A stretch of DNA of 64,000 nucleotides from Polyangiales bacterium (GTDB taxonomy: Bacteria > Myxococcota_A > Polyangia > Polyangiales > Polyangiaceae). A model generated the notes under the pieces. It saw only the letters and a program-made list of their open reading frames with translations. It was not told the origin of the DNA and did no database searches. The position numbers and the translations under genes were made by a program. Location of the stretch: contig JBBRNJ010000044.1 of the NCBI GenBank assembly GCA_038230375.1, positions 9,157-73,156 on the forward strand, written 5' to 3'. The stretch's first letter is position 1, and every line of letters begins with the position of its first letter. This document shows, one piece after another, positions 56,564 through 64,000 of the stretch.

Positions 56564-58728
56564 TGCGTCGAACGGGGAGACTCGCGCTCCTCGGGCTCCT
56601 CGTTGGCGCGATGGGCGCCAGCATGCTCGCGGGCCCTGCGCTCGCGCAACCAAGCCCGACCGTGCGCAGGCGGCCGCCTCCGCCTCCAGCCCCGAGCACC
56701 CGTCTGAGCGACCGCAGCGTCGACGGCACCATCGAGGAGCAGAAGCCGGTGGAGAGCCGCGCGCTCCGTGGACGCTTCGGCCTGGACGTGGCCGAGCGCT
56801 TGCTCCGCACGCAGAGCGCCGGCGATCGCAGGCGTGCGATCGAACGCGCCGGCTCGCTCGGCACTCCGGAGTCCGTGGGCTTCCTGGTCGAGCAGGCTGC
56901 ACGCATCTCCTCCGGCGACGGCGACGGACGCGTGGCCATTGCCTGCGCGCGCGCCCTCTCCGCCTTCTCCGACAACGAGCGCGCGCGTGCTGCCCTCTAC
57001 GAGCTCACCGTGATGCCATCGCGCCTCGCCGGTCGCGACCCGGGCTCGCTGGAAGATCCGTTCGACGACAGCTCGCGCGACCGCGCGCGAAGCATGGCCG
57101 CGCTCGCGCTGGCCCGGACACGAGAGCCTCGCGCGCTCACGCTGCTCGCAGACACGATCCGCAGCAATGGTGCGGGTGCCTCCGCCGCAAAGTCCGCGCT
57201 GTATGCGTACCCGCCGGAGAAGCCCACGATCACGACCGGCACGATTGCTCCGCAGGCCCTCGACTTCGTGGTGGCCTCCGGCGACCTACGCGCGCTTCCC
57301 GCGGTCCTGGCCCTCACCGACGCGCAAGAGGACCGCACGCGCGCGCTGGCGATCCGCGCAATGGCGGACCTCCGTGATTCGCGCGTCATCAGCATCGCGA
57401 CACCGCTGGTGAGCCACGAGAAGCCCGACGTACGCGTGGCTGCCGTGTACGCGCTCGCCCGGCTGGGAGCACCCGGCGCGGAGAAGGCGCTGCTCGCGAT
57501 CTTCGAGACCGACGTGTTCGCCGCGATCGAGATGTCCGAGTGGGTCCAGTCCGACGCGATCACGAAGGTGCTCGGCGTCACCGCGCTGGGTGGTCCCGAG
57601 CCCGAGCTCCGCGCCGCCGCTACACTGGCGCTCGGCCGGCAGCGCGGGGACCTCGCGGCAAAGTCTCTCCTCACGCTCTCACAGGGCAGCACCGTCACAT
57701 ACGAGGCCGTTCACGCGCTCGCGCGGTCGCCCGCACCGATAGCGATGCGCGTGCTGGAGACGCTGCTGGCAACAGCACCAAAGGACGCAGCCGCGCAGGC
57801 CACGCGACGCCTGGGCGCGCGCGGCTACCTGGTGCGCGCCAAGGTCCGCGGCGAGCGCTCCATGCCCGCGGAAGAGAAGCTCGCCGAGATGGAGCGCAGC
57901 GCGGACGCGATGGATCGCGCAGTGGCGATCCAGGCACGCGTTGCGCTCGGCCTGGAGGATGCAGCCACGCAGCTCTCGTCCAGGGACAAGGACCACAGGC
58001 GCGCAGCTCTCATGGGCCTCATGTCACGTGACAAGGCAGCGCGCACACTCTTCGCGGAGCGTCTGGTCAAGGACGACGACGCGGCCGTGCGCGAGCTCGC
58101 CAGCGTGGCGCTCCTGTCCGACGACGACGCCGCGCCCAAGGTCACCTCTGCGTGGCTCTCCGACCGCGCGACCTCTGGCGGCTCCGACGCGCCACTCGCC
58201 GTTCTGGCGTACGTGCGACGCGCGGAGGAGAAGGACCTGGCCAAGGTCGACGTGTTCCTGTCGTCGAGCGACCACGTCGTGCGCATCCATGCTGCGCGCG
58301 GCCTTGGCTCCGCCGTGATGCCTCAGAGCACTGGCAGACTCGCGAACCTCTACGCGTTCGACCCCGACGCGCGCGTGCGCAAGGCGGCCCTCCGCGCGCT
58401 GCTCCAGCGCCCCGAGAAGGCAGCACCGCTGTACCGGGAGACCTTGCGCGAGGCCGCGACCCTGGATCCGGACGCGGACATTCGCTTCATTGCACAGGCA
58501 GCGCTGAGCGACAGGAAGGTCGCTCCGCCGCAAGGAAACGAGGCCGCCTGGATCCGCGTGACGAGCGGCAGCACGGGTGCGCTTGCGACCGAGCAGCCGT
58601 TCACGGCCACGTACCTCTCTCCCGACGGCACCGCCACGCCGATGGTGTTCGATCGCGAAGGGCATGCAGTGGTGCTTGGCCTGCCGCCGGGCAAAGGCCT
58701 GCTCCGCATGACCCCAGTTCTTCCCTGA
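56563..58728 (+). CDS. Exported HEAT-repeat protein
   Basis: Signal peptide (ALA-Q); repeated VRxAAxxAL motifs. Confidence 0.85.
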   Translation: MRRTGRLALLGLLVGAMGASMLAGPALAQPSPTVRRRPPPPPAPSTRLSDRSVDGTIEEQKPVESRALRGRFGLDVAERLLRTQSAGDRRRAIERAGSLGTPESVGFLVEQAARISSGDGDGRVAIACARALSAFSDNERARAALYELTVMPSRLAGRDPGSLEDPFDDSSRDRARSMAALALARTREPRALTLLADTIRSNGAGASAAKSALYAYPPEKPTITTGTIAPQALDFVVASGDLRALPAVLALTDAQEDRTRALAIRAMADLRDSRVISIATPLVSHEKPDVRVAAVYALARLGAPGAEKALLAIFETDVFAAIEMSEWVQSDAITKVLGVTALGGPEPELRAAATLALGRQRGDLAAKSLLTLSQGSTVTYEAVHALARSPAPIAMRVLETLLATAPKDAAAQATRRLGARGYLVRAKVRGERSMPAEEKLAEMERSADAMDRAVAIQARVALGLEDAATQLSSRDKDHRRAALMGLMSRDKAARTLFAERLVKDDDAAVRELASVALLSDDDAAPKVTSAWLSDRATSGGSDAPLAVLAYVRRAEEKDLAKVDVFLSSSDHVVRIHAARGLGSAVMPQSTGRLANLYAFDPDARVRKAALRALLQRPEKAAPLYRETLREAATLDPDADIRFIAQAALSDRKVAPPQGNEAAWIRVTSGSTGALATEQPFTATYLSPDGTATPMVFDREGHAVVLGLPPGKGLLRMTPVLP

Positions 58729-58755
58729 CGCCGACCCTGCTAGCATCGTCGCACC

Positions 58756-59019
58756 GTGGCAGAGAAGACACCCAAACCCGAGGTCACCTTCGAGGTCGCG
58801 AAGAAGCGACTCGGCGCCATCGTCGAGAAGCTCGAAGAAGGTGAGCTGCCGCTCGAGGAGAGCCTCCGCTTGTTCGAGGAGGGTGTGGGCCTCGCGCGCG
58901 CAGCACAGGAGAAGCTCGACAGCGCAGAGAAGCGCATCGAGGTCCTGCTCAAGGTCGACGAGCAAGGTCGCACCAAGACCGCGCCCTTCGACCTACGCCC
59001 CGAAGACGACGAGCTCTAG
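58756..59019 (+). CDS. xseB: Exodeoxyribonuclease VII small subunit
   Basis: TFE...IVEKLEEGELPLEESLRLFEEGV...AEKRI. Confidence 0.93.
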   Translation: MAEKTPKPEVTFEVAKKRLGAIVEKLEEGELPLEESLRLFEEGVGLARAAQEKLDSAEKRIEVLLKVDEQGRTKTAPFDLRPEDDEL

Positions 59020-59050
59020 CTTCGCTACGACTGCCCGGGGAACTGGGTGG

Positions 59051-59659
59051 TCAGGGTGCCGCGCCCGTGGGTGACGCGGAGCTCGAGCTCGAGGGATCGG
59101 CTTCGGTGGGTGCTGCGCTGGTGCCTCTGGTCAGCACATACGCCAGCGCGCCGACGCCCACGACGAGCAGCGCGATGCCGGCGACCCATGCCCAGATCTT
59201 CCGACCGCCGCCCTCGTCGCCGTACTTCGGGGGGATGTAGCCGCGGGTGAGGTCCAGGCCGGGCTCCTGGCCCGTGCTGTCCGTGAGCTCGACCTCCACG
59301 CCGAACGCACTGAGCAGGCTACGCGCCGTGGACACCATCTCGTCGTATGCGGGCTGCTCGAATGGCGGCGACTTCTTGAAGCGCTCCTGGAAGAGACGGC
59401 CCACGGCGTAGTACGTCCGCATCGTCGCCTTCTTCTGCGGCGCGTTGACGCGACCGATGACGAGCGAAAGACCTGTCGGCCCCTTGAGCGTGATGTGCTG
59501 CATCGCCAGCGCGCCGTTTCGCGTGCTGTCCTGCGGCGCCGTCATCTCCACGTTGCAGTCACCGAGCCGCTTGGCTGCGAACGCACTGCGGAAGGTATCC
59601 GCTATGACCTGTGCCTGAACGGAGGTCTGGGTGAGGAGGTTCGAGGCGGAAGGAGCCAC
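59051..59659 (-). CDS. Hypothetical protein with C-terminal TM segment
   Basis: WAWVAGIALLVVGVGALAY; TACTCT box upstream. Confidence 0.75.
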   Translation of the reverse strand: MAPSASNLLTQTSVQAQVIADTFRSAFAAKRLGDCNVEMTAPQDSTRNGALAMQHITLKGPTGLSLVIGRVNAPQKKATMRTYYAVGRLFQERFKKSPPFEQPAYDEMVSTARSLLSAFGVEVELTDSTGQEPGLDLTRGYIPPKYGDEGGGRKIWAWVAGIALLVVGVGALAYVLTRGTSAAPTEADPSSSSSASPTGAAP

Positions 59660-59677
59660 GATCCCAGAGTAGCAGAG

Positions 59678-60646
59678 TCAAATCACGCCGTGCCAGTTCT
59701 CGGCGTGCATCAGGAAACGGGAACGTACGTCCTCCGAGAGCGACTGTGGGAGCGGCCCCTTGCGGACGTGGCCGAGCAGCTCGGCGAGCTTCTCCTTGCG
59801 GCGCGTGCCCACGAGTGCGCAGTGCACCTCCGGCGCATACGCGGTGAAGCGCGTGGCGAGCTCCACCCAGCCATACCGACGTTCGGGATAGGCCGCTCGG
59901 AGACGCGGCGTGTAGATCTCGTGCTCGCGCTCGAACGCGGCATTCATCAGCGTGCGCTTGGCAACCACGCCCATTCCGTGGGCGATCGCCTCGGGCAGCG
60001 CGCTGCCGAGGGCCTCTTGATCGACGAGATTCACGCTGCACTCGACCACGTCAAAGCCGCCCGATCGGACGGCCCACAGGAGCGCGTCGCCATCGCCGGA
60101 GTAGCCGATCGCGCGGATCTTGCCGGCCCGCTTCGCCTGCACGAGCGGCTCGATCAGGTCATCGCGCGGAGGGCACGAGTGCAACATGAATGCGTCCAGG
60201 TGCGAGACGCACATGGTCGCGAGCGCGCGGTCGATGCCGCGCGTGATGACTTCGGGCGTCCAGTCCGGCGTGCCAGGAACACCGTAGCCGCCCTTGGTGA
60301 AGACGACGGCAAGGTCACGAAGCTCCGGGCTACGCGAGAAGAGGCGACCGATGCGCGCCTCCGACTGGCCGTAGCTCGGCGCGGTGTCGAACACGCGCAC
60401 GCCCAGGTCGAGTGCGGTGCGCAGGAGCACGTCCGCGTCGTTATCGGAGATCGACTCGTCGCCGAGTGGGCCCGCGCCAAGCCCGAGCCGCGAAACCACG
60501 AGCCCCGTCTTGCCGAGCGGACACCACAGGCGCTGCTCTTCGCGCCGCAGCTCCTGCGAGAGCTCGGCAAGAAGCTCACCGCGCGGGGCCGGCGCTGCAC
60601 CGAGGGCGCGCACGTCAGGTGGGCTCGCGTTCTCTTCGCTGGTCAT
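59678..60646 (-). CDS. Aldo/keto reductase
   Basis: LGKTGLVVSRLGLG, DTAPSYG, TKGG, LH and GKIRAIG; ATGA overlap with the upstream gene. Confidence 0.9.
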   Translation of the reverse strand: MTSEENASPPDVRALGAAPAPRGELLAELSQELRREEQRLWCPLGKTGLVVSRLGLGAGPLGDESISDNDADVLLRTALDLGVRVFDTAPSYGQSEARIGRLFSRSPELRDLAVVFTKGGYGVPGTPDWTPEVITRGIDRALATMCVSHLDAFMLHSCPPRDDLIEPLVQAKRAGKIRAIGYSGDGDALLWAVRSGGFDVVECSVNLVDQEALGSALPEAIAHGMGVVAKRTLMNAAFEREHEIYTPRLRAAYPERRYGWVELATRFTAYAPEVHCALVGTRRKEKLAELLGHVRKGPLPQSLSEDVRSRFLMHAENWHGVI

Positions 60647-62553
60647 GGTGCGAGCACCATGGCGGCGTAGGCGCCGAGGGTGAGCGGGAGCGCGTAGGGG
60701 CGTCCGTCCTTGGGCGTGACCTTCGGCGTGATGGTGCCGGTCTGGCCAGCGACGAAGTCCGCGCCATAGGCGGTGCTCTCCGTGTTGAGCTTCACCGTGT
60801 AGGGATTTTTCGTGGTCACGCCGACGTCGTACTCGGTATAGGCCTGGTTGCCTAGGTTCACCACGACGATGACGCCGCCGCGGTCGAACGCGATGACCTT
60901 TGCTGCGTCGTTTCGCTGGAAGACCTCCACCTGGGTGCCGCACAGTCCGGAGAGGGTGCGGCGTAGCGCGATCATGTCCTTGTAGAATACACGCATTCCG
61001 AGCCCCTTCTCCGTGGGCGCGGCGAGCGGCGCGGGCGACTGGTCGAAGGTGCCCGTGGCGAGAAACTCCTCGCCCTGGAAGAGCATGGGCACCCCCGGTG
61101 AAGTGAGAAGGAGCACACCGCCGAGCATCGCACGGCGCCGCGCAGCGAACGACTCGGGGTCCGCAGCGTCGATGCGGTTCGGTAGACGCAGGCCGCCGTT
61201 GCCCACGGTGTCGTGGTCCTCCAGGAAGAGGAGGCGTGCGAATGGGTCGCCCGCGTAGCTGCTGGTGAGCGCGCTCTGGATGACGCCGAGATCGCGCGCG
61301 GCGTCGCTCCCGTTCGCGAGCTGGGCCGTCACGTCGTAGCCAAAGCCGTCCCACTGGGCATCGAAGTCGAAGCCGCCGGTAGAGGGCCTCTGCGTGATCC
61401 CGGCAAAGCCCTTGAGGTCCTCTGCGACGCTCATGGCGCCGCGTGCGTGCGTGAGCGCGTTCGCTGCGAGCATCAGCTGCTTGCCGCCGGGCGTCGTTCC
61501 GTTGCCGTCGAGCGCGCGGATGTTGGAGACGGAGTCCCAGCGGAACCCGTCGCCGCGGTACTCGTCGAGCCACGTCTGCGCGCCCGCGAGCAGGAGCCGT
61601 ACGACCTCTGCCTGCTCGTAGTCGGGGCGCGGGCCCCACGGTGTCTTCTGGTACTGGCTCCCGTCCGGGAAGAAGAGCGACCCCGCGGAGCCGTTCGGGC
61701 AGAAGCCGTCAAAGCAGTAGAGCGGCGCCTTGCTGTAGCCGGTGTAGTGGTTCACGACCACGTCGTTCCAGACCGCCATGCCGTGCGCGTGCGCTGCGTC
61801 GACGAGCGCGCGCAGCTGATCGGGCGTGCCATACGACGGGCGCGGTGCCTGCCAGAGCTCCGGCCCGTAGCCCCAGCTCACGCCGCTGCCACCCGCGGTG
61901 ACGGGCATGACCTCGATGACGTTGACGCCCAGGTCGGCAAGGTCCGCGAGCTTCGCGGTGACGGCCGCGAAGGTAGGCGCGCTCGCAAAGCTACCCACGT
62001 GGAGCTCGTAGACCACGCTACGCTCGCGCGGCGCGCGGACGAAGCCATTCGACTTCCACACGTAGGCGCGCGGGTCGACGACCCTGCACGCGCCGGCGTC
62101 CTGCTGCCGGCAGTACGGATCCATGCGCGTCAGCGTGCCTTGCGCGGTGTCCAGGGAGAATGCGTATGCGTGGCCCGCGTGCGCGCCCGCAACGTGAGCT
62201 GTGAACACGCCGCCAGTGCTCGCTTGCATCATGACCGACCCCTCGGGGAACTCGCCCGTGACGCGCGCGGCGGTCGCATGCGGAGCCCACACGCGGAAGT
62301 CCACGCCGCCGGAAGGCGACACGTTCGCTCCGCCCGGCGCGAGCACCAGTGGGCCTGCGTCGGACCCACCACCGCCGTCACCGCCACCCCCAGTGGGACC
62401 ACCGCCAGCGCCGCCAGCCCCGCCCCCGCCTCCGCCGGCGTCCAGTCCATCGAGAGGCGGAGGGGCGTAGGACGCACCGGGACCACCATCGCAGGCGTAG
62501 AGCACCCACGCGATGGAGACGACGAAGAGGGCGCCGAGAGCGCGGGATCGCAT
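60643..62553 (-). CDS. GH13 (TreZ/GlgB-like, CBM48) glycoside hydrolase, lipoprotein
   Basis: LYAC lipobox; FRVWAPHA, YELHVG, WGY, DVVVNH, GFRWD, AED and DHD. Confidence 0.9.
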   Translation of the reverse strand: MRSRALGALFVVSIAWVLYACDGGPGASYAPPPLDGLDAGGGGGGAGGAGGGPTGGGGDGGGGSDAGPLVLAPGGANVSPSGGVDFRVWAPHATAARVTGEFPEGSVMMQASTGGVFTAHVAGAHAGHAYAFSLDTAQGTLTRMDPYCRQQDAGACRVVDPRAYVWKSNGFVRAPRERSVVYELHVGSFASAPTFAAVTAKLADLADLGVNVIEVMPVTAGGSGVSWGYGPELWQAPRPSYGTPDQLRALVDAAHAHGMAVWNDVVVNHYTGYSKAPLYCFDGFCPNGSAGSLFFPDGSQYQKTPWGPRPDYEQAEVVRLLLAGAQTWLDEYRGDGFRWDSVSNIRALDGNGTTPGGKQLMLAANALTHARGAMSVAEDLKGFAGITQRPSTGGFDFDAQWDGFGYDVTAQLANGSDAARDLGVIQSALTSSYAGDPFARLLFLEDHDTVGNGGLRLPNRIDAADPESFAARRRAMLGGVLLLTSPGVPMLFQGEEFLATGTFDQSPAPLAAPTEKGLGMRVFYKDMIALRRTLSGLCGTQVEVFQRNDAAKVIAFDRGGVIVVVNLGNQAYTEYDVGVTTKNPYTVKLNTESTAYGADFVAGQTGTITPKVTPKDGRPYALPLTLGAYAAMVLAP

Positions 62554-62602
62554 GACCCTCCTTCCTACCAGAGGACGGGGTCGGCGGCCTTTCGCAGAAC
62601 CG

Positions 62603-63565
62603 TCAACGTCTTCGTTGATTCCGTCGCCTGGAGGTCCTGCGCGCCCTGGGCGGCATGGGCGCCTCGGCAGGATGGTCGACCAGGCCCTGCGGCGGAAGCG
62701 GGATCCCTTGCGGAGCGGCGCCCATCAGCGCGCTCGGCGGCGCGCCGAACTTCTTGCCGAACGCGGTCGTGAAGGCCGGGATATTGGTGTATCCTACACG
62801 CATTGCAACCTCTGCCACGCCTAGCTGGCGGCCGCGGAGCAGGAGCACCGCCTCGTCCAGGCGGCGATCGCGCTGGTAGGCCGCAGGTCCAGTGCCCACC
62901 TCCTTCTTGAACGCGCGAAGGAGCGAAGACTCGCTGGCGTGGCACGCACGGGCGAGCGCGGAGACCCGGAGCGGGCGGAAGAGATCACCTTCGATCATCG
63001 CGAGCGCGCGGCGCACCAGCTCGGTTTGATCCGACACGAGCGAGCGACGCTCCTTCGCCGTGCGTTTCTCCTTCACCTGGTAGAAGACCTCCTTCGTGAG
63101 CTCCGCTTCCAGGAAGCGCGCGGCGCGGCTGTCCTCATGGCGACAGACCTCACGCTCGAAGAGGTAGCGCTGCGCGATCTCGTCGAACCAGCGCGTGCGG
63201 AGGAGGAGCGTGCTCTCGTGCAACACGTCCGCGAGCGCCTGGTCGTTCACGTCGGGGCCGTAGTCCTTGCACGCGCGCCTCCGCCCCATGGGCAAGATCG
63301 CGAGCGTGAGCAGCCCGATGGTGGGGCTCTTCTTCTCCAGCCGGTAAGGCGTGCCCGTGGCGATGAGCGCGACGTTCGAGCGATCCAGGAGCGCTGGCTC
63401 CACGCGCTTCGTGCTCCCGGACTGGGCGCCCGCAGGTGCGAGCGCGATGATCGACGTGGCCAGGCAGAGCAAGAGCACCGGCTCCTGGTGCACGCGTCTT
63501 GCGGTGGGGAGCGCCGAGCCGCGCTCCACGGTGAGCCCGATCCCCGCCTTCCGTTGCGAGGGCAC
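62603..63565 (-). CDS. AraC family transcriptional regulator
   Basis: LARACHASESSLLRAFK...VAMRVGY...FTTAFGKKFGAPP; start approximate. Confidence 0.88.
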   Translation of the reverse strand: MPSQRKAGIGLTVERGSALPTARRVHQEPVLLLCLATSIIALAPAGAQSGSTKRVEPALLDRSNVALIATGTPYRLEKKSPTIGLLTLAILPMGRRRACKDYGPDVNDQALADVLHESTLLLRTRWFDEIAQRYLFEREVCRHEDSRAARFLEAELTKEVFYQVKEKRTAKERRSLVSDQTELVRRALAMIEGDLFRPLRVSALARACHASESSLLRAFKKEVGTGPAAYQRDRRLDEAVLLLRGRQLGVAEVAMRVGYTNIPAFTTAFGKKFGAPPSALMGAAPQGIPLPPQGLVDHPAEAPMPPRARRTSRRRNQRRR

Positions 63566-63573
63566 TTCCGAGA

Positions 63574-63999
63574 TCACTTTCCGATGGCGCCGCGATAGAC
63601 CCAGCCTTCGCTCGCGAAGGCATTGCCGTACTGGATGCGATACCAACCGTCCTTCGGAGCGCCAACGCGGACCTTGGTGCCGCGCGGGAGCCTGGCGACG
63701 ATCGCGCCGGTCTTCGGTGTGTCACGGATGAGCGCGACCTCCCAGCCGATCTGCGCGGTGGGCGCGCCTTCCGTGATGGCCGCGGGCGGAGCGCTGTCTG
63801 CAGGGGACGCAGAGCCGCCCTCCTTCGGCGCCGCGAACGTCACGTGGTACGCCATCGTGTACTTCGGGTGCTCGTGCGTGAGGCCGGCGATGTTCACGCC
63901 CAGGAACTCTGTCTTCAGGCAGGAGCCGATGCTGTCTTGATTGGTGATCGTGGACGACTTGCCGATGTCGATGGCGATGCGGCCCGAGCCGAAGTCGAG
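63574..63999 (-). CDS. SH3 (type 3) domain protein, 5' partial
   Basis: Frame open to the window edge; IRDTPK...IVARL..GTKV...WYRI...GWVY. Confidence 0.8.
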   Translation of the reverse strand, partial: LDFGSGRIAIDIGKSSTITNQDSIGSCLKTEFLGVNIAGLTHEHPKYTMAYHVTFAAPKEGGSASPADSAPPAAITEGAPTAQIGWEVALIRDTPKTGAIVARLPRGTKVRVGAPKDGWYRIQYGNAFASEGWVYRGAIGK

Positions 64000-64000
64000 A

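Noticed and set aside
1..64000. Prophage, IS element, integron, CRISPR-Cas, rRNA or tRNA
   Set aside because: No integrase, transposase, cas or phage structural motifs; intergenic gaps are short and show no tRNA or rRNA signatures by eye

Overview
High-GC, gene-dense chromosomal window. It is most likely from a myxobacterium (Myxococcota, Polyangia/Labilithrix-like); this is inferred from Hanks-type kinases, a MYXO-CTERM protein, many Cys/Gly-rich lipoproteins and a TSP3-OmpA protein. About 56 CDS are supported. Housekeeping anchors (prfB with its programmed +1 frameshift, lysS-lolC/E-lolD, cdaR-cdaA-folP, ribF, holA, ribA, xseB, pip) are interleaved with accessory genes: three paralogous choice-of-anchor-L-like lipoproteins, two TonB-dependent receptors, a Phd-VapC toxin-antitoxin pair, two diheme cytochrome proteins, a GH13 lipoprotein and MlrC. 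No rRNA, tRNA, CRISPR array, integrase or transposase was seen. Most notable: (i) a membrane kinase / TPR-linker-TonB receptor / lipoprotein cluster that may be a phosphorylation-coupled trans-envelope signalling system; (ii) TAnnnT boxes 6-9 nt upstream of many start codons (leaderless mRNAs); (iii) a cyclase-like/FAH fusion next to a minimal PLP enzyme and an HExxH protein; (iv) a small ORF flanked by a duplicated gene 3' end; (v) a recurrent D-A/G-G lipoprotein tether motif; (vi) an acyl-CoA dehydrogenase lacking its catalytic Glu. All family calls come from motif recognition by eye, not database searches.
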